DNA from: the human T2T-CHM13v2.0 reference genome, Homo sapiens | Reading direction: 5' to 3' (one strand) | DNA length: 64,000 nucleotides | Assembly (NCBI RefSeq): GCF_009914755.1 | Contig: NC_060928.1 | Shown: positions 45,101 to 60,200 of the stretch, piece after piece | Layout: every line of letters starts with the position of its first letter | How positions within the stretch are numbered: the first letter of the stretch is position 1 | Notes under the pieces: model-generated | What the model was told of the DNA's origin: nothing | What the model saw: only the letters and a program-made list of their open reading frames with translations | Databases searched by the model: none | Made by a program: the position numbers and the translations under genes

Positions 45101-48100
45101 TGTAATACATACTTTGGGTACTTTGATATTTTATGTACAGTATATAATACATGTTTTGGGTACTTTTATATTTTATGTACAGTATATAATATATAGTTTG
45201 GGTACTTTGATATTTTATGTACGGTATATAATACATACTCTGGGAACTTTGATATTTTATGTACAGTATATAATACATACTTTGGGTACTTTGATATTTA
45301 ATGTACAGTATATAATACACACTTTGCGTACTTTGATATTTTATGTAAAGTATGTAATACATACTTTGGGTACTTTGATATTTTATCTACAGTATGTAAT
45401 ACACGCTTTGGGTGCTTTGATATTTTATGTAGAGTTTGTAAAACATACTTTGGGTAGTTTGGTATTTTATGATCAGTATATAATACATATTTTGGGTACT
45501 TTGATATTTTATGTACAGTATATAATACATACTTTGGGTACTTTGATATTTTATGTACAGTATATAATGCATAATTTGGGTACTTCAATAGTTTATGCAC
45601 AGTATATAATACATACTTTGGGTAGTTTGATATTTTATGTACAGTATATAATGCATACTTTGGGTACTTTGATAGTTTATGTACAGTATACAATACATAC
45701 TTTGGGTACTTTGATATTTTATGTACAGTATATAATATGTAGTTTGGGTACTTTGATATTTTAACTACAGTATATAATACATACTTTGGGTACTTTGATA
45801 TTTTATCTACAGTATATAATAGATACTTTGGGTACTTTGATATATTATGTACAGTATATAATACATAGTTTGGTTACTTTGATATTTTTTGTACAGTATG
45901 TAAAACATACTTTGGGGAGTTTGATATTTTATGAACAGTATATAATACACATTTTGGGTACTTTGATATTTTATGTACGGTATATAATACATACTTTGGG
46001 TACTTTGATATTTTATGTACAGTATATAATTCATACTTTGGGTACTTTGATATTTTATGTACAGTATATAATACATACATTGGGTACTTCGATATTTTAT
46101 GTGCAGTACCCTATATATAGTTTGGGTACTTTGATATTTTATGTCCAGTATAAAATAAATAGTTTTGGTACTTTGATATTTTATGTACAGTATATAGTTT
46201 GAGTACTTTGATATTTAATGTTCAGTTTATTATAAATGTTTGGGTGCTTTCATATTTTATATACAGTATATAATACATACTTTGGGCACTTTGATATTTT
46301 CTGTACAGTATATAATACATACTTTGGGTACTTTGATATTTTATATACGGTATATAATACATACATTGGGTACTTTGATATTTTATGTACAGTATATAAT
46401 ATATAGTTTGGTTACTTTGATATTTTATATACAGTATATAATATATATTATGTGTACTTTGATATATTATGTACAGTATATAATATATAGTATGGGTTGT
46501 TTGATATTATATGTACAGTATATAATATATAGTTTGGGTAGTTTGATATTTTTAGTACAGTATGTAATATATAGTTTGTTTTATTTGATATTTTATGTAC
46601 AGTATACAATATATAGTATTGGTACGTTCATATTTCATGTAAAGTATATAGTTTGAGTACTTTGATATTTTATATGCAGTTTATTATAAATGTTTTGGTA
46701 CTTTCATATTTTATGTACAGTATATAATACATACTTTGGGAACTTTTATTTTATGTGCAGTATATAATACATACTTTGGGTACTTTGATATTTCATGTAC
46801 AGTATATAATACACACTTTGGGTACTTTGATATTTTATGTACAGTATATAATACACACTTTGGGTACTTTGATATTTTATGTACAGTATATAATACATAC
46901 TTTGGTACTTTTATATTTCATGTACAGTATATAATATATAGTTTGGGTACTTTGATATTTTATGTACAGTATATAATAAATAGTTTGGGTATTTTGATAT
47001 TTTATGTACAGTATATAATGCATACTTTGGGTACTTTGATATTTTATGTACAGTATGTAATATATAGTTTGGGTACTTTGATATTTTATGTGCAGTATAT
47101 AACACATACTTTCGGTAGTTGGATATTTTATGTACAGTATATAATACATACTTTCGGTACTTCGATATTTGATGTACAGTATACTATATATAGATGGGTA
47201 CTTTGATATTTTATGTCGGGTATAAAATAAATAGTTTTGGTACTTAGATATTTTATGTACAGTATATAGTTTGAGTACTTTGATATTTTATGTACAGTTT
47301 GTTATAAATGGGTGCTTTCATATTTTATGTACAGTATATAATACATACTATGGGCACTTTGATATTTTATGTACAGTATATAATACATACTTTGGGTACT
47401 TTGATATTTTATGTACAGTTTGTTAAAAATGTTTGGGTGCTTTCATATTTTATGTACAGTATATAATACATACTTTGGTCACTTTGATATCTTATGTACA
47501 GTATATAATACATACTTTGGATACTCTGATATTTTATGTACAGGGTATAATACATAATTTGTGTACTTTGATATTTTATGTACAGTATATAATACATACG
47601 TTGGGTACTTTGATATATTATGTACAGTATATAATACATACTTTGGGTACTTTGATATTTTATGTACAGTATATAATCCATAGTTTGTGTACTTTGATAT
47701 TTTATGTACAGTATATAATACATACTTTGGGTACTTTGATATTTTATGTACAGTATAGAATATATAGTTTGAGTACTTTGTTATTTTATGTCCAGTATAA
47801 AATATATAGTTTTCGTAATTGATATTTTATGTACAGAATATAGTTTGAGTACTTTGATATTTTATGTACACTTTATTATAAATGTTTGGGTACTTTCATA
47901 TTTTATGTACAGTATATAATACATACTTTGGTCTCTTTGATGTTTTATGTACAGTATATAATAAATACTTTGGGTTCTTTGATATTTTATGTACAGAATA
48001 TAATGCATAGTTTTAGGTACTTTTATATTTTATGTACAGTATATAATACATACTTTGGGTACTTTGATATTTTATGTACAGTATATAATACATACTTTGG

Positions 48101-48769
48101 GAACTTTGATATTTTATGTACAGTATGTAATACATACTTTGGGTACTTTGATATTTTATGTACAGTATATAATACATACTATTGGTACTTTGATATTTTA
48201 TGTACAGTATACAATATATAGTTTGAGTACTTTGATATTTTATATCCAGTATAAAATATATAGATTTCATACTTTGATATTTTATGTACTGAATGTAGTT
48301 TGAGTACTTTGATATTTTATGTACACTTTATTATAAAAGTTTGGGTACTTTCATATTTTACGTACAGTATATAATACATACTTTGGGCACTTTGATGTTT
48401 TATGTACAGTATATAATACATACTTTGGGTTCTTTGATATTTTATGTACAGCATATAATACATAATTTGGGGACTTTTATATTTTATGTACATTATATTA
48501 TACATACTTTGGGTACTTTTATATTTTATGTACGGTATATAATACATACTTTGGGTACTTTGATATATTATGTACCGTATATAATACATACTTTGGGTAC
48601 TTTGATATATTATGTACAGTATATAATACATACTAAGGGTACTTTGACATTTTATGTACAGTACATAATACTTACTTTGGGTACTTTGATATATTATATA
48701 CAGTATATAATGCATACTTTGGATACTTTGATATTTTATGTATAGTATATAATACATACTTTGGGTACT

Positions 48770-51240
48770 TTGATATTTTATGTACAGTATGTAATACATA
48801 ATTTGGGTAATTTAATATTTTATGTATAGTATATAATACATACTTTGGGTACTTTGATATTTTATGGACAGTGTATAATACATACTTTGGGTACTTTGAT
48901 ATTTTATGTACAGTGTATAATATATAGTTTGGGTACTTTGATATTTTATATACAGTATATAATACATACTTTGGGTACTTTGATATTTTATGTACAGTAT
49001 ATAATATGTAGTTTGGGTACTTTGATATTTTATGTACGGTATATAATACATACTTTGGGTACTTTGATATTTTATTTACAGTATATAATACATGCTTTGG
49101 GTACTTTGATATTTTATGTACAGTATATAATACATACTTTGGGTACTTTGATATTTTATGTACAGTATACAATATATAGTTTGAGTACTTTGATATTTTA
49201 TGTGCAGTATAAAATATATAGTGTTGGTAGTTTGATATTTTATGTACAGTATATATTTTGAGTACTTTGATACTTTTATGTACAGTTTATTATAAATGTT
49301 TGGGTACTTTCATATTTGATGTACAGTATATAATACATAATTTGGGCACTTTGATATTTTATGTACAGTATATAATACATACTTTGGGTACTTTTATATT
49401 TTATGTACAGTATATAATACATACTTTGGGTACTTTGATATTTAATGTACAGTATATAATACACACTTTGAGTACTTTGATATTTTATGTAACGTATGTA
49501 ATACATATTTTGGGTAGTTTGATATTTTATGTACAGTATGTAGTACACACTTTGGGTACTTTGATATTTTATGTACAGTATGTAAAACATACTTTGGGTA
49601 CTTTGATATTTTATGTACAGTATGCAAAATATAGTTTGAGTACTTTGATATTTTATGTACAGTTTATTATAAATGTTTGGGTAGTTTCATATTTGATGTA
49701 CTGTATATAATACATAATTTGGGCACTTTGATATTTTATGTACAGTATATAATACATACTTTGGGTAATTTTATATTTTATGTACAGTATATAATACATA
49801 CTTTGGATACTTTGATATTTAATGTACAGTATATAATGCACACTTTGCGTACTGTGATATTTTATGTAAAGTATGTAATACATACTGTGGGTAGTTTGAT
49901 ATTTTATGTACAGTATGTAATACACACTTTGGGTACTTTGATATTTTATGTATAGTGTATAATACATACTTTGGTTACTTTGATATTTTATGTACAGTAT
50001 GTAATACATAATTTGGGTAATTTAATATTTTATGTATAGTATATAATACATACTTTGGGTACTTTGATATTTTATGGACAGTGTATAATACATACTTTGG
50101 GTACTTTGATATTTTATGTACAGTGTATAATATATAGTTTGGGTACTTTGATATTTTATATACAGTATATAATACATACTTTGGGTACTTTGATATTTTA
50201 TGTACAGTATATAATATATAGTTTGGGTACTTTGATATTTTATGTACGGTATATAATACATACTTTGGGTACTTTGATATTTTATGTACAGTATATAATA
50301 CATACTTTGGGTACTTTGATATTTTATGTACAGTATACAATATATAGTTTGAGTACTTTGATATTTTATGTGCAGTATAAAATATATAGTGTTGGTAGTT
50401 TGATGTTTTATGTACAGTATATATTTTGAGTACTTTGATATTTTATGTACAGTTTATTATAAATGTTTGGGTACTTTCATATTTGATGTACAGTATATAA
50501 TACATAATTTGGGCACTTTGATATTTTATGTACAGTATATAATACATACTTTGGGTACTTTTATATTTTATGTACAGTATATAATACATACTTTGGGTAC
50601 TTTGATATTTAATGTACAGTATATAATACACACTTTGCGTACTTTGATATTTTATGTAACGTATGTAATACATACTTTGGGTAGTTTGATATTTTATGTA
50701 CAGTATGTAGTACACACTTTGGATACTTTGATATTTTATGTACAGTATGTAAAACATACTTTGGGTACTTTGATATTTTATGTACAGTATATAATATATA
50801 GTTTGGGTACTTTGATATTTTATATACAGTATATAATACATACTTTTGGTACTTTGATATTTTATGTACAGTATATAATACGTACTTTGGGTACTTTGAT
50901 ATTTTATGTACAGTATGCAATATATATTTTGAGTACTTTGATATTTTATGTACAGTTTATTATAAATGTTTGGGTAGTTTCATATTTGACGTACAGTATA
51001 TTATACATAATTTGGGCACTTTGATATTTTATGTACAGTATATAATACATACTTTGGGTAATTTTATATTTTATGTACAGTATATATTACATACTTTGGG
51101 TACTTTGATATTTAATGTACAGTATATAATGCACACTTTGCGTACTGTGATATTTTATGTAAAGTATGTAATACATACTGTGGGTAGTTTGATATTTTAT
51201 GTACAGTATGTAATACACACTTTGGGTACTTTGATATTTT
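48770..51240. repeat. Imperfect tandem duplication of about 1.2 kb
   Basis: Landmarks 48845/50055 (1210), 49276/50443 (1167) and 49677/50970 (1293); offsets differ by whole monomers plus one 1-bp indel. Confidence 0.78.
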
Positions 51241-54200
51241 ATGTACTGTATGTAAAACATACTTTGGGTAGTTTGATATTTTATGATGAGTATATAATAC
51301 ACATTTTGGGTACTTTGATATTTTATGTACAGGATATAATGCATATTTTGGGTACTTTGATAGTTTATGTACAGTATATAATACATACTTTGGGTACTTT
51401 GATATTTTATGTATAGTATAAAATATATAGTTCGGGTAGTTTGATATTTTATGTACAGTATGTAAAACATACTTTGGGGAGTTTGATATTTTATGAACAG
51501 TATATAATACACATTTTGTGTACTTTGATATTTTATGTACAGTATATAATACATACTTTGGGTACTTTGATATTTTATGTACAGTATATATTACATACTT
51601 TGGGTACTTTGATATTTTATGTACAGTATACAATATATAGTTTGAGTACTTTGATATTTTATGTACTGTATAAAATATATAGTTTTGGTAGTTTGATGTT
51701 TTATGTACAGTATATATTTTGAGTACTTTGATATTTTATGTACAGTTTATTATAAATGTTTTGGTACTTTCATATTTTACGTACAGTATATAATACATAC
51801 TTTGGGCACTTTGATGTTTTATGTACAGTATATAATACATACTTTGGGTTCTTTGATATTTTATGTACAGCATATAATACATAATTTGGGGACCTTTATA
51901 TTTTATATACATTATATTATACATACTTTGGGTACTTTTATTTTTTATGTACGGTATATAATACATACTTTGGGTACTTTGATATATTATGTACAGTATA
52001 TAATACATACTTTGGGTACTTTGATATATTATGTACAGTATATAATACATACTAAGGGTACTTTGACATTTTATGTACAGTACATAATACATACTTTGGG
52101 TTCTTTGATATTTTATGTACAGTATATAATGCATACTTTGGATACTTTGATATTTTATGTACAGTATATAATACATACTTTGGGTACTTTGATATTTTAT
52201 GTACAGTATGTAATATATAATTTGGGTACTTTAATATTTTATGTATAGTATATAATACATACTTTGGGTACTTTGATATTTTATGGACAGTGTATAATAC
52301 ATACTTTGGGTACTTTGATATTTTATGTACAGTATATAATATATAGTTTGGGTACTTTGACATTTTATATACAGTATATAATACATACTTTGCGTACTTT
52401 GATATTTTGTGTACAGTATATAATACATACTTTGGGTACTTTGATATTTTATGCACAGTATACAATATATAGTTTGAGTACTTTGATATTTTATGTACTG
52501 TATAAAATATATAGTTTTGGTACTTTGATATTTTATGTACAGTATATAGTTTGAGTACTTTGATATTTTATGTACAGTTTGTTAAAAATGTTTGGGTGCT
52601 TTCATATTTTATGTACAGTATATAATACATACTTTGGGCACTTTGATATCTTATGTACAGTATATAATACATATTTTGGGTACTCTGATATTTTATGTAC
52701 AGTGTATAATACATAATTTGTGTACTTTGATATTTTATGTACAGTATATAATACATACGTTGGGTACTTTGATATATTATGTACAGTATATAATAAATAC
52801 TTTGGGTACTTTGATATTTTATGTACAGTATATAATCCATAGTTTGTGTACTTTGATATTTTATGTACAGTATATAATACATACTTTGGGTACTTTGATA
52901 TTTTATGTACAGTATATAATACATACTTTGGGTACTTTCATGTTTTATGTACAGTATATAATATATAGTTTGGGTACTTTGATATTTTATGTACGGTATA
53001 TAATACATACTTTGGGTACTTTGATATTTTATGTACAGTATATAATACATAATTTGGGTACTTTGATATTTTATGTACAGTATACAATATATAGTTTGAG
53101 TACTTTGATATTTTATGTGCAGTATAAAATATATAGTGTTGGTAGTTTGATGTTTTATGTACAGTATATATTTTGAGTACTTTGATATTTTATGTACGGT
53201 ATATAATACATACTTTGGGAACTTTGATATTTTATGTACAGTATGTAAAACATACTTTGGGTACTTTGATATTTTATGTACAGGATATAATGCATACTTT
53301 GGGTACTTTGATAGTTTATGTACAGTATATAATACATACTTTGGGTACTTTGATATTTTATGTATAGTATAAAATATATAGTTTGGGTAGTTTGATATTT
53401 TATGTACAGTATGTAAAAGATACTTTGGGGAGTTTGATATTATATGTACAGTATGTAAAACATACTTTGGGGAGTTTGATATTTTATGAACAGTATATAA
53501 TACACATTTTGTGTACTTTGATATTTTATGTACAGTATATAATACAAACTTTGGGTTCTTTGATATTTTATGTACAGAATATAATGCATAGTTTTAGGTA
53601 CTTTTATATTTTATGTACAGTATATAATACATATTTTGGGTACTTTGATATTTTATGTACAGTATATAATACATACTTTGGGAACTTTGATATTTTATGT
53701 ACAGTATGTAATACATACTTTGGGTACTTTGATATTTTATATACAGTATATAATACATACTATTGGTACTTTGATATTTTATGTACAGTATACAATATGT
53801 AGTTTGAGTACTTTGATATTTTATGTCCAGTATAAAATATATAGATTTCATACTTTGATATTTTTGTACTGAATGTAGTTTGAGTACTTTGATATTTTAT
53901 GTACACTTTATTATAAAAGTTTGGGTACTTTGATATTTTACGTACAGTATATAATACATACTTTGGGCACTTTGATGTTTTATGTACAGTATATAATACA
54001 TACTTTGGGTTCTTTGATATTTTATGTACAGCATATAATACATAATTTGGGGACTTTTATATTTTATGTACATTATATTATACATACTTTGGGTACTTTT
54101 ATATTTTATGTACGGTATATAATACACACTTTGGGTACTTTGATATTTTATGTACAGTATATAATACATACTTTGGGTACTCTGATATTTTATGTACAGT

Positions 54201-57200
54201 ATAAAATATATAGTTTGAGTACTTTGATATTTTATGTACTGTATAAAATATATAGTTTTCGTACTTTGATATTTTATGTACAGTATATAGTTTGAGTACT
54301 TTGATATTTTATGTACCGTTTTTTATAAATGTTTGGGTGCTTTCATATTTTATGTACAGTATATAATACATAAAAAGGGCACTTTGATATTTTATGTACA
54401 GTATAAAATACATACTTTGGGTACTCTGATATTTTATGTACAGTGTATAATACATACTTTGGGTAGTTTGATATTTTATATACAATATATAATACATACG
54501 TTGGGAACTTTGATATATTATGTACAGTATATAATACATGCTTTGGGTACTTTGATATTTTATCTACAGTATACAACACATAGTTTGTGTACTTTGATAT
54601 TTTATGTACAGTATATAATACATACTTTGGGTACTTTGATATTTTATGTACAGTATATAATACATACTTTGGGTACTTTCATATTTTATGTACAGTATAT
54701 AATGCATAGTTTGGTTACTTTGATATTTTATCTACAGCTTATAATACATACTTTGGATAGTTTGATACTTTATGTACAGTATATAATACATACTTTGGGT
54801 ACTTTGATATTTTATGTACAGTATACAATATATAGTTTGAGTACTTTGATATTTTATGTGCAGTATAAAATATATAGTTTTGGTACTTTCATATTTTATG
54901 TACAGTATATAGTTTGAGTACTTTGATATTTTATGTACAGTTTTTTATAAATGTTTGGGTGCTTTCATATTTTATGTACAGTATATAATACATACTAAGG
55001 GCACTTTGATATTTTATGTACAGTATATAATACATACTTTGGGTACTTTGATATTTTATGTACGTCATATAATATATAGTTTGGGTACTTTGATATTTTA
55101 TGTACAGAATATAATACATACCTTGGGTACTTTGATATTTTATGTACAGTATATAATATATAGTTTGGGTATTTTGATATTTTATGTACAGTATATAATA
55201 CATACTTTGGGTACTTTGATATTTTATGTACAGTATATAATACATACTTTGGGAACTTTGATATTTTATGTACAGTATGTAAAACATACTTTGGGTACTT
55301 TGATATTTTATGTACAGTATATAATACATACTTTGGGTACTTTGATATTTAATGTACAGTATATAATACACACTTTGCGTACTTTGATATTTTATGTAAA
55401 GTATGTAATACATACTTTGGGTACTTTGATATTTTATGTACAGTATGTAATACACGCTTTGGGTACTTTGATATTTTATGTAGAGTATGTAAAACATACT
55501 TTGGGTAACTTGGTATTTTATGATCAGTATATAATACATATTTTGGGTACTTTGATATTTTATGTACAGTATATAATACCTACTTTGGGTACTTTGATAT
55601 TTTATGTACAGTATATAATGCATAATTTGGGTACTTCAATAGTTTATGCACAGTATATAATACATACTTTGGGTAATTTGATATTTTATGTACAGTATAT
55701 AATGCATACTTTGGGTACTTTGATAGTTTATGTACAGTATACAATACATACTTTGGGTACTTTGATATTTTATGTACAGTATATAATATGTAGTTTGGGT
55801 ACTTTGATATTTTAACTACAGTATATAATACATACTTTGGGTACTTGGATATTTTATCTACAGTGTATAATAGATACTTTGGGTACTTTGATATATTATG
55901 TACAGTATATAATACATAGTTTGGTTACTTTGATATTTTTTGTACAGTATGTAAAACATACTTTGGGGAGTTTGATATTTTATGAACAGTATATAATACA
56001 CATTTTGGGTACTTTGATATTTTATGTACGGTATATAATACATACTTTGGGTACTTTGATATTTTATGTACAGTATATAATTCATACTTTGGGTACTTTG
56101 ATATTTTATGTACAGTATATAATACATACATTGGGTACTTCGATATTTTATGTGCAGTACCCTATATATAGTTTGGGTACTTTGATATTTTATGTCCAGT
56201 ATAAAATAAATAGTTTTGGTACTTTGATATTTTATATACAGTATATAGTTTGAGTACTTTGATATTTAATGTTCAGTTTATTATAAATGTTTGGGTGCTT
56301 TCATATTTTATATACAGTATATAATACATACTTTGGGCACTTTGATATTTTCTGTACAGTATATAATACATACTTTGGGTACTTTGATATTTTATGTACG
56401 GTATATAATACATACATTGGGTACTTTGATATTTTATGTACAGTATATAATATATAGTTTGGTTACTTTGATATTTTATATACAGTATATAATATATATT
56501 ATGTGTACTTTGATATATTATGTACAGTATATAATATATAGTATGGGTTGTTTGATATTTTATGTACAGTATATAATATATAGTTTGGGTAGTTTGATAT
56601 TTTTAGTACAGTATGTAATATATAGTTTGTTTTATTTGATATTTTATGTACAGTATACAATATATAGTATTGGTACTTTGATATTTCATGTAAAGTATAT
56701 AGTTTGAGTACTTTGATATTTTATATGCAGTTTATTATAAATGTTTGGGTACCTTCATATTTTATGTACAGTATATAATACATACTTTGGGAACTTTTAT
56801 TTTATGTGCAGTATATAATACATACTTTGGGTACTTTGATATTTCATGTACAGTATATAATACACACTTTGGGTACTTTGATATTTTATGTACAGTATAT
56901 AATACACACTTTGGGTAGTTTGATATTTTATGTACAGTATATAATACATACTTTGGGTACTTTGATGTATTATGTACAGTATATAATACATACTTTGGGT
57001 ACTTTGATATTTTATGTACAGTATATAATACATACTTTGGGTACTTTGATATTTTATGTACAGTATGTAATACACACTTTGGGTACTTTGATATTTTATG
57101 TACAGTATGTAAAACATACTTTGGGTAGTTTGATATATTATGTACAGTATATAATACATACTTTGGGTACTCTGATATTTTATGTACAGTGTATAATACA

Positions 57201-60200
57201 TACTTTGGGTACTTTGATATTTTATGTACAGTATATATTACATACTTTGGGTACTTTGATATTTTATGTACAGTATACAATATATAGTTTGAGTACTTTG
57301 ATATTTTATGTACTGTATAAAATATATAGTTTTGGTACTTTGATATTTTATGTACAGTATATAGTTTGAGTACTTTGATATTTTATGTACAGTTTGTTAT
57401 AAATATTTTGGTGCTTTCATATTTTATGTACTGTATATAATATATGCTTTGGGCACTTTGATATTTTATGTACAGTATATAATACATACTTTGGGTACTC
57501 TGATATTTTATGTACAGTGTATAATACATACTTTGGGAACTTTGATATTTTATGTACAGTATATAATACATACATTGGGTACTTTGATATATTATGTACA
57601 GTATATAATACTTACTTGGGGTACTTTGATATTTTATGTACAGTATATAATACATAGTTTGTGTACTTTGATATTTTATGTACAGTATGTAGTACACACT
57701 TTGGGTACTTTGATATTTTATGTACAGTATATAATACATACTTTGGGTATCTTGATATTTTATGTACAGTATATAATGCATACTTTGCGTCCTTTGATAT
57801 TTTATGTACAGTATATAATGCATACTTTGGGTACTTTGATATTTCATGTACAGTATGTAATACATACTTTGGGTACTTTGATATTTTATGTATAGTACAT
57901 AATACATACTTTGTGTAGTTTGATATTTTATGTACAGTATACAATATATAGTTTGAGTACTTTGTTATTTTATGTGCAGTATAAAATATATAGTTTTCGT
58001 AATTGATCTTTTATATACAGAATATAGTTTGAGTACTTTGATATTTTATGTACACTTTATTATAAATGTTTGGGTCCTTTCATATTTTATGTACAGTATA
58101 TAATACATACTTTGGTCTCTTTGATGTTTTATGTACAGTATATAATACATAATTTGGGTTCTTTGATATTTTATGTACAGAATATAATGCATAGTTTTAG
58201 GTACTTTTATATTTTATGTACAGTCTATAATACATACTTTGGGTACTTTGATATTTTATGTACAGTATATAATACATACTTTGGGAACTTTGATATTTTA
58301 TGTACAGTATGTAATACATACTTTGGGTACTTTGATATTTTATGTACAGTATATAATACATACTATTGGTACTTTGATATTTTATGTACAGTATACAATA
58401 TATAGTTTGAGGACTTTGATATTTTATGTCCAGTATAAAATATATAGATTTCATACTTTGATATTTTATGTACTGAATGTAGTTTGAGTACTTTGATATT
58501 TTATGTACACTTTATTATAAAAGTTTGGGTACTTTCATATTTTACGTACAGTATATAATACATACTTTGGGCACTTTGATGTTTTATGTACAGTATATAA
58601 TACATACTTTGGGTTCTTTGATAATTTATGTACAGCATATAATACATAATTTGGGGACTTTTATATTTTATGTACATTATATTATACATACTTTGGGTAC
58701 TTTTATATTTTATGTACGGTATATAATACACACTTTGGGTACTTTGATATATTATGTACAGTATATAATACATACTTTGGGTACTTTGATATATTATGTA
58801 CAGTATATAATACATACTAAGGGTACTTTGACATTTTATGTACAGTACATAATACATACTTTGGGTACTTTGATATTTTATGTACAGTATATAATGCATA
58901 CTTTGAATACTTTGATATTTTATGTACAGTATATAATACATACTTTGGGTACTTTTATATTTTATGTACAGTATATAATATATAGTTTGGGTACTTTGAT
59001 ATTTTATGTACGGTATATAATACATACTTTGGGTACTTTGATATTTTATGTACAGTATATAATACATACTTTGGGTACTCTGATATTTTATGTACCGTAT
59101 ACAATATATAGTTTGAGTACTTTGATATTTTATGTACTGTATAAAATATATAGTTTTCGTACTTTGATATTTTATGTACAGTATATAGTTTGAGTACTTT
59201 TATATTTTATGTACAGTTTTTTATAAATGTTTGGGTGCTTTCATATTTTATGTACAGTATATAATACATACAAAGGGCACTTTGTTATTTTATGTACAGT
59301 ATATAATACATACTTTGGGTACTCTGATATTTTATGTACAGTGTATAATACATACTTTGGGTACTTTGATATTTTATGTACAATATATAATACATACGTT
59401 GGGAACTTTGATATATTATGTACAGTATATAATACATACTTTGGGTACTTTGATATTTTATCTACAGTATACAACACATAGTTTGTGTACTTTGATATTT
59501 TATGTACAGTATATAATACATACTTTGGGTACTTTGATATTTTATGTACAGTATATAATACATACTTTGGGTACTTTCATATTTTATGTACAGTATATAA
59601 TACATAGTTTGGTTACTTTGATATTTTATCTACAGCTTATAATACATACTTTGGATACTTTGATACTTTATGTACAGTATATAATACATACTTTGGGTAC
59701 TTTGATATTTTATGTACAGTATACAATATATAGTTTGAGTACTTTGATATTTTATGTGCAGTATAAAATATATAGTTTTGGTACTTTCATATTTTATGTA
59801 CAGTATATAGTTTGAGTACTTTGATATTTTATGGACAGTTTTTTATAAATGTTTGGGTGCTTTCATATTTTAAGTACAGTATATAATACATACTAAGGGC
59901 ACTTTGATATTTTATGTACAGTATATAATACATACTTTGGGTACTTTGATATTTTATGTACATCATATAATATATAGTTTGGGTACTTTGATATTTTATG
60001 TACAGTATATAATACATACCTTGGGTACTTTGATATTTTATGTACAGTACATAATATATAGTTTGGGTATTTTTATATTTTATGTACAGTATATAATACA
60101 TACTTTGGGTACTTTGATATTTTATGTACAGTATATAATACATACTTTGGGAACTTTGATATTTTATGTACAGTATGTAAAACATACTTTGGGTACTTTG

